Below, piece after piece: positions 34,620-47,299 of a stretch of 64,000 nucleotides of DNA (its first letter is position 1; every line of letters begins with the position of its first letter). Source of the DNA: Takakia lepidozioides (taxonomy: Eukaryota > Plantae > Bryophyta). The translations under genes and the position numbers were made by a program. A model generated the notes under the pieces. That model saw only the letters and a program-made list of their open reading frames with translations. It was not told where the DNA came from and ran no database searches. The DNA lies in NCBI GenBank assembly GCA_030704615.1, contig CM060732.1, forward strand, positions 63,922,001-63,986,000, in the 5' to 3' direction.

Positions 34620-36300
34620 CCATGAATTTCGGCACCGAAATCTGGATGAACATCTCTGTCATGTAACAGCTTTGGAAGCCAAGGGATGAATTCTGGCAAC
34701 AGAAATCGTAATTTGTTTACCTCATAAAACTGACCAAGCACCCAACGGATGGATTTCGGTGCCGAAATTCGGATGAACTTCTTCTTCATTAAATTGTATC
34801 TGCACATATGGGTTGAATTTAGATGCCAAAATACGGATAAATGTGTTCCTGATTACAGTCGTGATTGACCACGTGTCCGGATATCGGTGCCGACTTCCGA
34901 ATGACAGTAATCCTGATTCGGCAGAATGGATGTATTTCGGCGCCGAAATTCATTCTTCATCTCCTTTTCCGACCCTAATTCTGCTGCCCTGCGTATGGAT
35001 TTCGGTGCCAGAATTCATCGGAAGTCCTTTCTGTTTTTATTTTTCTTTGCGACAGATGAACTTTGGCGCCGAATCTCATCCAAGTACTCCCTTTTAATTT
35101 CCCTTTTTCTTCGAGAGCAATGAATTTCGGCGCCGAAATTAAACCTAAATCCTCCCGATTTTTTTTTTCCTTCGCGAGCATTGAATTTCGGCGCCGAAAT
35201 TCATTCCAAGTCCAGGAGATATTTTTTATTTTCCTTCGCATTGGATGAATTTTCATGAATTTTCCCTCCAATATTTATTTTTCTTTGAAATGGATCAATT
35301 TCGGCGCCGAAATTCATCCTTACTGTCCGCAATGAGTAACTCTAATATTACATTTTCTATGCGACGGATGAATTTCGGCGCCGAAATTCGTCCAAACCCG
35401 GCACTTACTTTTTGGTTTTGGATGATAATTTTCCGTAAATCGTTGGAAATACCCCGTTCCGACGAATATAACAGGAATATTCTGCATTTAATGGAGAAAT
35501 CGGCATATTAAACCACTTCTGTCAAAATTAATTGCATTTTAGCCGTTTTTTTTTCATTTGAAACCGACAGTATCCATGAAGTGGTTTTTTTCGCACGGGA
35601 CGTTGCCGCACATAAAGTATAATTTCGGCGCCGAAATTATAGTTAAATGTCCAGAAATGGCAAGTCCAACAGTCATGGACAGCATCCGTCAGGGGCAATG
35701 ATGGCGGCAAAGCATAGCATCGTGCCGATTTAATCTTCGCTCTGGATGAATTTCGGCGCCGAAATATGGATGATTTCACCTCGTCTACGCGCGGACGGAC
35801 ATATTCGTAAGAATTGCGGCGCCGAAATATGGATGGAATGTGCCGAAGTGCAGCCGTTTCCGTTGTCCCGGAATTGATTCCGGCTCCGATATCCCACCGA
35901 CAGGTTTGCTCATGACGAATGAGGACTTGCGAAGCGATGAATTTCGGCGCCGAAATATGGATGAAATGTGCCGAAGTGCAGCCGTTTCCGTTGTCCCGGA
36001 ATTAATTCCGGCTCCGATATCCCACCGACAGGTTTGCTCATGACGAATGAGGACTTGGAAAGCGATGAATTGCGGCGCCGAAATTTGTAAGTTTGTGTAT
36101 GAAAGCACTTGAATAGGATGAATTTCGGCGCCGAAATTCATCCGTCCGCTGATGAAACGTACCGACCTGACTGTTGAATGTCATATGCAGGCGATTTTCA
36201 TGGCGGTTGGGTTTCATGATGTGCGGATATTTCATTCAATGCCGGCTGCTCCGGGAACCGCATCCGGTGAACGGAACGTATTTCGGTGCCGCAATTCGGA
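34620..36300. repeat. Cluster of about 16 palindromic (GA)ATTTCGGCGCCGAAAT(TC) motifs between the divergent genes, including a 128-bp tandem duplication (~35812-36067)
   Basis: Copies at about 34625, 34753, 34933, 35000, 35061, 35123, 35184, 35297, 35371, 35621, 35749, 35812, 35940, 36068, 36121 and 36280. Confidence 0.9.
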
Positions 36301-36805
36301 TAAACCGTCATACACTGGTGGCTGGAACTGGCACGCGTCGTGTTCCAGTCGACTTCATCCGTGCGAACGTGTCAGGGGTCACAATCTCTTCATCACCCAT
36401 ACGGCAGAAAGTGGTGGACGGTGGCAACGCTTCGGGAGACGTGGCTGCTTACGCATCTGCTCGTGCATAGTGGTTGCATGTTCCACCGCTTCGCTCTCTC
36501 GCTCCTTGCCCTTCTGCAGTGACGTTCTCCTGCGTTTCCTCTCCTTATGCGGCATAGTGGTAGCATAGAGTTTGTGGAAGGTCAGGCAACTCCGGCAAAG
36601 AGGAGGACGCGGGATTTTGGGAAGCCGCCGACGACACGACTTAAGCTCCGTCTCATGCATGAAATGCAGACGTCGTTATCCGGAGACTCGGATCGCCCAC
36701 CAGTGAGAGATTCGTGCTTCGCGGATGTGAAGCACTCCATACGCAATATTCCTTTGACACCTTTGTTTTGGCGTGCAGTGTCTCATGTTTTCCTGTTTGT
36801 TTGAC

Positions 36806-39800
36806 ATGGGAGCTGGGGAGGGATCGCAGGGGGGCGAGGCAACACAGTCAACTTTGGATACTCCTGCCCGGGTGCTGCGCTCACAAGGTGGAAGTGCATC
36901 GAGGCAGACGAGTCCTCATTCAACACCTCAGATATCGCCTCCGAAAAGCCCACCTAGAGTTCGGAAGCCGAGAAAGCAGAAGGAGCCCATGGCTTCGCCA
37001 GTAAAACCCCTAGGGAGACTGGAAGCGGAGGTATTGGGTTTGCAGTCAATTTCAGAAAACACAGATGCGGTGGAGGCCGCTGGAGATGTGGGAGTCGGAT
37101 CTGCAGAAGGGCGGCCCATTCAACTGACAGAAGGAGAGGACGATAACGTGGTACGACTTGGCGACGATCAGAACCTGCTGGATCTTGCGGAGGAGCAAAA
37201 CCTCCAGGATAGTACACAGGCTGGTGAGAGGGGTGAGGGAAGTGACAGAGGTGATACAAGTAAGAAACTGGTGGCGGGTATGCTCATGAGCGCACGAGAC
37301 ATGAACATAGCAGCAAACAGGTTGCTGGCAGAGACTCATAGCAACATAGGCCGCGTTTTGGGCTCCATGGTGTATCCCGAGAACCTTAAAGTTCCTTTGT
37401 GTCGCATGGTAAGCCTTCCAGTTGTAAGGCAAGCACTGCCAGGGGATATCGATCGACTGAAGCACAACTTCAGAGAAGGGTACAGACGGGGGTCGGCAGC
37501 ATTCTACGTTTCCATTGAGAATGACCAGGGTGTCACAAGGGGCCCCACTGCAGAGGAGCTTCAGAATTGGGGCCCCCACTGGCACACTGTTAATGCCGAG
37601 TTTGAAGCCTATCTGAAGACTAATCCCACATTCGCACACATGGAAGGGAAGATGTTCTTCGTTTGGGACGGGAACCACAGGATGCTTGCCTGGACAGAGT
37701 ACATTGCTGAAATGCATCCGCAAGATATCAGTTGGCATTACATGGTGGACTGCATTGTCGTGAAGGTGGACGTCAGGGACAGAGGACTGTTGAAGGGTGC
37801 CATGGCGGATATAAATCTGTAAGTATACAATTACATCCTTGTGTACTGCCTATTGCGGCGCCGAAATAGGCAATGTTCACCACTGTCATGCACTCTATGA
37901 ATTGGAAATTGGATTGCTGTGCCGAAATCATATTTTCATGTTGTTTTTTTCTCCATGGCAGGGTAACAGAGAGGGCCTTCGTGGAAACTCATCTGGCACA
38001 TACGCTCTACAGAGTGCAAGAAGTGGGGACAGCTCCGCTGACGGACTTCCAAAAGTCCCTCGATCCCGAGCTGTACAGGAAGTCCCTAGCGAAAGCAGAT
38101 CGCACCTGGTACCGACCAACACTGGACGCCATGGTGGAGATCCTCTATTCGGTGAGGTTCATCTCAAATTTCAGTATCAATTTAATGTTATTTGTTGCAG
38201 GGATCCGTGGCCTGACTGTATCTGCTGGGTATGGGAATGCAGACGAACATCAGGGATGACTTGGCCTATGCCAAAAGGCAGTTCTTTGAGAATGATGCCC
38301 CCAACAAGGCGGACGCGTCGATAGAGAGTCATATTGTGCAGGCAGGGAAGCAATCCCGGACCAAGTACAGGTCCAAACTTGTTAAGCAAGTTGCAATCGC
38401 TGACCCTGGTCTTGGTGCCGAGTTCCTGGCGGAGATAGGACTGCATTACTCCAGACCCATGAAACCGGAAATGTCCATGGAGAAACTTCATCACATGCAG
38501 TGTCCTGTGTTGAGCCGGCGGAGAAGGTAAGCATGTGTTTATTCTTGTTTTGTGACTTCTCGCGATTCTTATGTTGGAGCTCTTGTCTGACCGATGTGAG
38601 GTGGCTGCAGACGAGGTGGCTGCGAATCTGGAACGGCCATACAAACACGAAGCTGCTGTACCACTTTCCCATCGAGCCAACAGACGACAAAATGAACGAC
38701 TGGCTCAATGTCATGACTTGGTGGCATCAGGTATAATTTTCTCCTATTCTGTGTTGGACATCGTCGCAATTTCAAAATCATGAATGTTTTGGAAACCTGC
38801 CATGATGCAGGTACTGACCCACGCCCAGGAGCAATTGGACTGCAACACCACCACTTTCAAGTTACAGATCGACTGGACGAAGCCTGAGACAATGGAGAAC
38901 TACGTGCAGTCGTGGCGAGGGCGCTTCGCAAACCTCTTTTTCAGAGAAATTGCAAAGGCAAGACGCAGCGTATACATCGAAGAGCAGGAGGGTGCCGACA
39001 AAGCGGCAATGCGTGTCCTGTTCAGGTAATCTGCTGACAATGCATCCCCCTATTTGCAGTTTAGATGATTTGGTTAAGCAGCGATGGATATTGCGGCGCC
39101 GAAATATACCTCTGCAAGATGTGAGTTCTGGGTAATTGGGGCACGGTCCACTCCGTATTTCGGTGCCGAAATACCTTGTGCATTGACAACTTCCACTTGC
39201 ATGATGCATCGGTAGAATGATTTTTGTTGAACTGCCTCGTGATTGCAGGTACATAAACTTTGCACTCATTCCGTCCGGAGCCATTCAAAGGGTTCCACCA
39301 TTCTTCCTGGCGTGGAGGACACCTGGAGGTCGTGGAACGATGTACACAGAAGTAATGGCGAAGGAGTGGCATGCCGAGCATTTGGTAAACTGCCCCTGGT
39401 ATGTGGATCTCCTAAGTGGGACCGTTGACCTCTCGGAGGTTAACTTGAAGAAGGAAGCGAATGCCAGGGCTATGAAGGCGCAATCGGATCCCCAACCAGA
39501 GGACGCGGAAAGACTGAAAGCAGAGGAGGCAGCCAAGCAGAAAGCACTGAGAAAGTCAGCCAAGGCGGCAGCGTTGGCGAAGGAGCAGATGGAGAAGCAG
39601 GCAGCTGAGCAGCCCAAGGACAGGAAGAAAAGAACGCGCAAACAGGGGCAAGAGACGAAGACCCCCACACCCAAGAAGAAGAAGCAGCAAAACAGTCAGC
39701 CAGATGAGGAGGATTCGGACGACGATTTCCAGCAGGAAAACACCCAGGGGGCCACACCTCGTCCGAAAATTCACAAGGGCCAGCGCTCCGGGGGGTCGGC

Positions 39801-41710
39801 TGCGAAGAGATCACTATACGAGGATGCACCTGGCAGACCCTACCGTGCGGTGCAGATTGCGGGCAGGGAAGTCCTCAAAACACCCACAATTGTGGAGTGT
39901 GTTAATGAAAATTTCCTAACTGCTCTGACCAGAAGGCTGGAGATAACGAGTTTGAGGAAGGCGATCGAGGCCCACCAGGGGAAGGGGAAGAGGAAGGCCA
40001 CTGGCAATGATATGGAGGACACTCCTGGCTACACAAAGATGATGGAGTATTTTGTGGCGATGAGCCACGGCAAAAAGAGCACAGTCGGGGGCAGGGCGGT
40101 GAAAGCCTCCATCGACATGATCCTTGTGGATATCCCGGATGGGCAGGAGATACTGGGGCTGGGCTCAGTTCCCTGGTGGAACAAGTACGACGAACGATAC
40201 TGGAGCCACACATTCGGGTTCGCAGCCAACATGTTGGACGACGTTGGCTGTGTTGTTGTGCTAGCAGCCGATGGAGAAGTCACTGAGAATGATATCAAAG
40301 TATGGACGGGGAGAAGTGCAGCACCCATCCTGAAAAAGATCTGGACTTGCATCAACACGCAGCTTCTCAACGATGGCCAGAAGGTATGCTGTGGTTCTCC
40401 TCTGCTATGTCAATTTCTGGGCCAAAATTGCCCCTGTACATGTAGGCCACCTCTGACGTTTTCATTTCCTTCTCTGCAGACTCTTATCTTTCAGGCATTT
40501 TGCTTCGTGAAGGAACATTCGAAATTCAAATTACGTGAAGCAGGAAGACTTGTTGATTCCACAGTTGATCCACTGGAGTATAACGTCCTGTTCAACCATG
40601 TGGGAGAGAAGGACATTCTTTGTGATTTGTCGGGCAAGCCATGGAGGTATGGCAGGACCAGGAGTCCTGCATTCATCCAGACGCTCATGGAAACGTGTAC
40701 GGATGTTGAAGGCAGGGTCCTTGACGTCACTGCAAATACAGGTGAGAACGTTAATTGAATGCGGCACCGAAATTGACACCATTTCCGTTTCTGTATGTTT
40801 GCTTGTGCGAGGAAGCGACTCATTCTTGAGTTTGGCTGTGGTTGTCGTATGAATTCGCAGGTGCCTGTATGTGGGCGGGAAGGATGTCGAACCGATTTGT
40901 GTTCTCATTTGAGGGGGATACGGCCTTGTACGATTACAATTTGGCGGGCCTTCAGCGTCTGCCTCCGACTGAGGATCCCAAACACGCAGAAGAGGACGTG
41001 GAAGGAGAGGAGGAAGATGAAGAGGAGGAAGTCCGGGAAATTCGTTCGATGCAGGGGCGCCCGAAGCCACTTCCCCCAATGCCTGTCTTCGAGTGAGTTG
41101 CACCATAGTAAGTGTATTGGTTTCGGTTGTAGGGACCATGCAACCTGCCGATGATTCCCTGTTTGAATTCTCTAATGTACTTCATTCTATGTTTGTGCGT
41201 ACACTCAGCCTTGCAGAGTCGTCCGACGAGGAGAAGCTGGGAGACTTGCTCGAATCGGACCCTGTTGCAGAGGAGGAGACAGAATCGCATCGGCCATTCT
41301 TTGCCAGAAAATCGTTTCTCGCGAGTCCCCAGAAGCCCTTTTTTCTACCAGCCTATGCAGACACGGCTGCCAAAGAAGCCATCAGGAGGGAGGATAGGCC
41401 TACTCGGTTAGAGCAATTGACATACGGGAATGAGCAGAGAATTATAATGAGGCGTGAGGCCAAACATAGAATTGTGAAAGGCAGAGTAGGGAAGTTCGTA
41501 ATAGAATCCGCGTCCGAGAGCGAGGGGAATGTCGAGGACACTTCCGCACCCAGGTGGACAGTTCCGGCTGGTGAGGATGGTATTTTTGAGGGGAGGGCTT
41601 CTCAGAGTAACAGCGGTAGCGGCAGTGCAGGTTCGGAGGCAGGTGGAAGGCAGCCATCCTTGCATGAGGGCGGGGATGCATCGGACAGTGATAGCGGATC
41701 CTCACCATAG
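36806..41710 (+). CDS. Spliced ParB-like plus beta-class DNA methyltransferase-like gene of MULE-2 (one probable frameshift near 38503)
   Basis: LKVPLCRMVSLPVVR, FFVWDGNHRMLAW, HTLYRVQ, WLRIWN, IDMILVDIPDG, WNKYDERYW, RSPAFIQTLMETCT..GRVLDVTANTG|ACMWAGRMSNRFVFSFEGD. Most intron positions match the MULE-1 copy. Confidence 0.72.
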
Positions 41711-44700
41711 CAAAGTCTCATTTGGATCCTTTTGTTGTACAGTTCTGAAACACTTAATGAATATATTGACGATTTGAAAAATCATTGTGTTCAGACTGCT
41801 TGTCCATTCCCTACATTTCTTCCACCAACCAAAATCTATAATAAAAGCAGAAGAGACGCAAACTTCAGTGAAGAACCCTACAAGTAATTTATGCACACCA
41901 TCGACCCGGGAACTTGAAGCCATGAAAACCCTGCCGTTTCTAACATTCCTATTGGGAAATTTGGCGCCGAAATAGCCCAGTTTGCGCCTTCGTTATATGG
42001 GCCTCAAAAATTCCACGGATGAATTACTGCACCAAAATATTGCGATGGAAGCCTTCAGCACAAGGCACTTCACCACATTCCACTTGGGTATTTCGGCGCC
42101 GAAATTGCCCGTTCTGCGCCATTAAATACCGCACTATATCACATTTTAAGAGGTAATTTCGGTGCCGAAATACCCCGGTGGATGTCTTCAAAACACCATT
42201 TTAGCACACTGCTCTTGGGAATAACGGCGCCGAAATTCCTCATTCCGCATCCTGGACCAGGAGAAACAGACCCTATTACCGAGGTAAGAGGACATAACAC
42301 CGTCAATAAAGGCAGGAAAATTCCAATTCCGCGGATGTCCGCTCATGAGCTCATAGGCTCATAGGCTCATGGGCTCATGCGCTCATGAAATAGTAAACCT
42401 CCATTTCAACTACGTGGTGTTCTTCCATTGGTTGTACTGGAGTCATGTAGTTAGGGTCATGACTACATGGTCGCTGTTGACTGCCATGTGTGAAGGTTGG
42501 CCGCATTTTGGGCTTTTGGCAGTTTGCTGCCATGTGTCATGCCTTCAACGCACTGCCCACTTGGGCATATTTGTTGAGAGCTTTCACTTTGTCGGTATGT
42601 GCAGATAGCTGTCTGTATGTGGGGATGTCTCCCTCTATCACAGAGGGTATGTTTGTTTTGTTTTTCGATGAAAACTGTGTTCCTACTTTGCCGTATTATA
42701 TGAGAGTAGTTTTCATTTGTCTTTGTGTCTGAGCTCCACAAGCTGCTTCGAAATGAAGTCTGTGGCCGACCAATTTCGTCTCCTGATTCGCAAGTGCGGG
42801 GGAGACTTGCAGCATTCACCTGTATTGAACTAGTGCAATTCTACAAAGTGTTTGCTTACATGACAGTGTTTAAATGAAATTTCAGAGTCTGGGAGTTTTG
42901 AAAAAAGCCTGTTCATCGTATCCCAATTTCTGATTTCATTTGCGTTCACAGGGCTACATTACATCCGACTCTGAAGTGGAGGCTGAATGTAGTGTAGAGA
43001 GTGTTGCAAACGACGTCAATTTGGAGGGACAAGACGACAATGGGCTACGGGGCCAGATTGCCCGTGCTGTGCAAGATGCATTTGAAATATCAGATACCCT
43101 CCGGGAGAATCCCACACCTACCCCAAATGCTCTTCACTTGGACCATGATGAGGCTGTTGAGAATGGCGCAAATCCCTCTAAAATGCTTGATGGGGAAAAT
43201 ATGGGCGGAAAAGAAGCAGGCGCGCCAAATGATCTTCACCATGAAAAACTCATGCAAGAGTCCCAAATCCCCTTATACGATGGGAGCGTTCATAGCCGAT
43301 TGACCGCCACATTGATGTTGCTCAATTCTTGCGCCACTCACAGATGTACCAACACATTTGTGGATGAGTTATTTTCATTGTTGAGGCTGGAGATTTTGCC
43401 CAAACAGAACACCTTGCCCAAATCGCAGTATGAGGCCAAAAATATGATCGCCATGATGGGTCTAGGATACAAACAGATCCATGCCTGTGAGCGTGGATGT
43501 GTATTGTTTCGTGGAGACCTCGAAAAGGCTGCAAATTGCCCCAAGTGCCACAGTCCTCGATACATGGACGGCCGTGGGAAGGTGCCCAAGAAGGTGCTGC
43601 GATACTTTCCTCTCATACCTAGATTGAAACGGATGTTCCGAGCTAAGACGCTCGCTGAGCTCATGAAGTGGCACAACAATCATAGAAGTGCAGATGGCAT
43701 GGTCCGGCATGCTGCAGACAGTAAGGCTTGGTGCCATATTGACAACACATGGCCGGATTTTGCTTCAGATCCAAGAAATCTGCGTCTTGGATTAGCACTG
43801 GATGGGGTCAATCCTTATGGCACAAAATCCGCTTCTTGGTCCACCTGGCCCATTATGGTGCTCAATTATAATCTACCTCCATGGTTGGTAACGAAGATTT
43901 TTTTTGTCATGTTAACACTCCTCATTCCTGGAAAGGAATCTGTGACAAGTGAAAATGTGGATGTTTACCTGCAACCACTAGTGGAGGAGCTAGCGACATT
44001 GTGGGTGGGAGTTGTAGCCATGGATGTGGCAGCCATTGAAGGAGAGCGGGCTTTTACCATGCGTGCGGTCCTCATGTGGTCCATACATGACTTCCCCGCC
44101 TATGGCTTGTTATCAGGTCAGGTTCACCAAGGGTACTCTGCTTGTCTAGCATGTGGACCTCAAGTCGATTCCAGATATTCCCCAGCTTGCAAGAAATTGA
44201 TATTCCAGGGGCATCGACGCTATCTTCCCCACAATCATGCCTATAGAAGATCCAGACTTTTTAATGGGGCGCGAGACATAAGACCCGCTCCACATACAGT
44301 GACAGCCACCGAAATCAAGGAGCGTGCACGACATTACAAACAATGGATTGATGATGGTGGGACTGTAGGCGCACAGAACGATCCCTCCAAGCTCCATGGC
44401 GTAAAACGATTGTCCATTCTGTTTGACTTGCCTTACTGGGAGGTGCGATTACCACACCTGTGTTTTGGGAACATAACAGTGCATTGGTTTTCATTGTGCA
44501 TGATTGTTTGTTTACTGAACCTATGCTCTGTTAACATCATTCATGACTGCATTGCAATGTGCCTAATTTGTTAGACCACATGGTGCAGCATCTTATCATC
44601 CGCCACACTTTTGATACCATGCATTGCGAGAAGAACGTGACGGAGAACATAATCAAGACTCTTTTCGGCGAAAATGACACGATGAAAGTTCGCCGCGAGC

Positions 44701-46499
44701 AGGGCATTCGAAAGCCTCTTTGGTTACGACGCCATCCCACTAGAGTGGATACATTGGTAATGCCTGATGCGCCATATGTGCTCACCAAACCAGAGCAACG
44801 GGTGTTCCTGGAGATTATCACGAATCTGAAAGTACCCACTGGCTATGCCTCTGCTTTCAAAAAGCATGTGGTCAAACAAAAGTTGAGCCAATTGAAGTGA
44901 CATGATTATCACGTGCTCATGCAACAGATCCTCCCACTTGCTCTACGTGGGTTGATGGCGCCTGGGGTTCGCAATGCCATACTAAGAGTGTCTCGTGTGT
45001 TTCGCAAGCTTTGTGCAAAATTCATTGATCCCACCGAGCATGAGGAATTGAAGAAGGAGGTGGCAGTGACTCTTTGTCTTCTGGAGAAAGAGTTCCCACC
45101 CTCATTTTTTGATGTTATGACACATTTACTTATCCACTTGGTGGATGAGCTGGATTTGTGTGGACCTGTAGCTTCTCGGTGGATGTACCCGGTGGAGAGA
45201 GCAATGAAGGATTTTAAAGGGTATGTGCGAAACTTGGCGAAGCCTGAGGGCAGTATGGCGGAGGGCTACGTGTTTGATGAGGCATTGGGATTTTGTACAG
45301 AGTACTTGTCTTCTGTTGATGCTACTAGGCGGAGAGTGTGGGATGCAGGAGAGGAGGAATCAGTGTCGGGTTGGGTGTTGGAAGGAGTTGGTCGACCACG
45401 GAGGTTGACCCTCGAATTGTTGCAGCTTATCCACGACTACGTCATTCACAACCATCCCAGTTTGAGCATTATGTTGGGGTAAGTGGCCAACGTGAGTGCA
45501 TGTCACAGTTTCTGGTACCTGCTATGCATGGGTATGCTTTGTATAGGTGTGTGTGCAGTAGTTCTTCCATCGGCTGTAGGGATTGAACTAGATAAATTGA
45601 TGTGGTTGTGCGTGTGTTGGCAAGTCCTATGAGGTGGAGAAATCCAGGTTGGAGACTGAAAATGCTGCTAACCAGAACAGGATCCGTGCTCTCCCTCACT
45701 TTGCAGAATGGCTGGTAAAAGCAGTCCGCCAGCATGTGTCAAGTGTTGCCAACCATGCTACTGATCCAGCCTGCAAGGAATTGTTGGACATGTCCAAACC
45801 CCCATCATTAATCGCAACATCATACAAGAGCATGTCGGCTTATGGAAACCACTTCAGGGTTACTTCAGATGGACTCAACAGCCCCTTTGTGACATATGAC
45901 TCGGGGGTCTCTATTGTTTTCCAGCATGATTGTACTTGCATTTCAGGTGAGCAGGTGGTGGAAAGCGTACGGTATGTAGGTGTCATAAAGGAGATTTTAG
46001 AATTGGATTATGGCTCCACACACACCACGGTGCTATTGTATTCATGGGTACGTGCACGACGTGCGGGCTCTCAGCCTATGTCAATGAAGCAGGATGACTC
46101 TGGCTTCACATTGGTGAATTTCTCCCACTTGTTGCCTCCACTTGAACAGCCTTTTGTGCTCCCATCACAGGTCGAGCAAGTTTTTTTCTCTAAGTGTGTG
46201 AATGAACCGAGATGGAACGTGGTGCTGGAAAAAAACCCCAGGTCACGCAAGGCTGTTTGTGATGTGAGCATTTGCAACGATGATATTGCAAGTGTATCGG
46301 GCCTCTTAGCCCCCAATCACATTGAAGAGACCAATGTTGCTGGTGACATGGTGGGCCAGACCATCTAAGTGACACCTGTTAGAGGACTGTCTGGGACTTA
46401 GGCACTTTTACGGGATCTGTGGGGTACCCTTAATTTTTGCACAGACTGAGACCAACAGGAGCCTTAGGGGTGACAACAGCGCACTTTAGGGGGGGGGTT

Positions 46500-46735
46500 A
46501 CACAGCCCGTCACAGCCGCCACAGCCAGACACAATCGTCACAGCCAATCACAGCCAAACTCAACCCGTCACAGCCACACAGCCAGTCACAGCCCGACACA
46601 GCCCGACACAGCCCAACACAGTCGCACAGCCAATCACAGCCCGACACAGCCCGTCACAGCCCGTCACAGTCGCACAGCCAGTCACAGCCCATCACAGTTT
46701 CACACAGCCAGTCACAGCTTGACACAGCTGTCACG
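46500..46735. repeat. CACAGCC-based subterminal repeat tract
   Basis: About 20 CACAG(C/T) units lie directly downstream of Tnp2. Confidence 0.85.
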
Positions 46736-46744
46736 ACCATAGGG

Positions 46745-47287
46745 AACGGATAGCAGGACAGGGAACGACTGTGGGGAACAACATCTGCGAATGGAACATA
46801 TTAGTTCACGGATGACGGTTAGTGAGGGAAACGGTTAAAACTACAGGTAGGAAGATAAAGCCAGGAGCGAGGACTGGAAAAGGATCACTTCTTGGGGAAT
46901 CACTTCGGGAAGGAGTTGTGGATGACTTCGGGGGAAATCAGAACTTGGAAATGAAGCGGAGAGCGCATCTCTGAGCAGAAAGAGGGAGAACACGGAGTAG
47001 GAGGAGAACGATCTGTTGATACTTGCTGAATGCAAGAAGTAGAGTTGTAATGTAGAGCAGAATAGAGATACCATGGCTTCAGCCTGATACTTGATAGATA
47101 TTAATCTGATACATACTTCATACTCACACTGTGTAGAGAGATCTGAGTGAAGCTGTGGAATGAATGGATGAGTTGATGGAATCCGATAGATTGCTGAAGC
47201 AAACTAATACTTAAATACCAACAGTAAGGTAACTAGCTAACATCAATGCGGAAAGGAAAATAAATAGGAAACACCCCCATGATACAC
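46745..47287 (-). mobile_element. Possible partial LTR in reverse orientation
   Basis: The reverse strand begins TGTATCATGG at 47287 and has a TATTTAA box followed by CT-rich sequence. No second copy is in the window. Confidence 0.3.
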
Positions 47288-47299
47288 TAGCTGTAGGTC

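Larger units (their letters stand above)
28920..42401. mobile_element. MULE-2: 13.5-kb Mutator-like element with the same transposase plus ParB-methyltransferase architecture
   Basis: 9-bp TSD: CATCTCAAC (28911-28919) and CATTTCAAC (42402-42410). 21-bp TIR: GGGGGTTGCTATTCCATGAGC versus rc GAGGTTTACTATTTCATGAGC (17/21). CATGAGC subterminal repeats occur at both ends. Confidence 0.92.
28469..46368 (+). pseudogene. CACTA/EnSpm Tnp2 transposase; the first intron contains MULE-2
   Basis: Exon ~28469-28700 (CNCRIC...KHLTKYG), then ~42952-44442 (IHACERGCVLF, LRYFPLIPRL, RNLRLGLALDGVNP, IHDFPAYG), ~44590-45478 (DTMHCEKN, K*HD nonsense at 44898, FPPSFFDVMTHL, WMYPVER) and ~45630-46368 (YVGVIKEILELDY, PFVLPSQVEQVFF). 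Confidence 0.9.
20066..46744. mobile_element. Large CACTA/EnSpm-like element with divergent TnpA-like and Tnp2 genes; hosts MULE-2 and a LINE fragment; boundaries tentative
   Basis: Contains both EnSpm gene types. CACAGCC subterminal repeats lie at 46500-46735. Candidate ends are CCCT (20066) and AGGG (46744), with AACG on both outer sides; the left end is uncertain. Confidence 0.55.

Noticed and set aside
34620-36300. CRISPR-like repeat-spacer array from palindromes with dissimilar spacers
   Set aside because: The repeat is short and variable, the spacing is partly irregular, copies also occur in introns and termini, and there are no cas genes. Binding sites explain it better.
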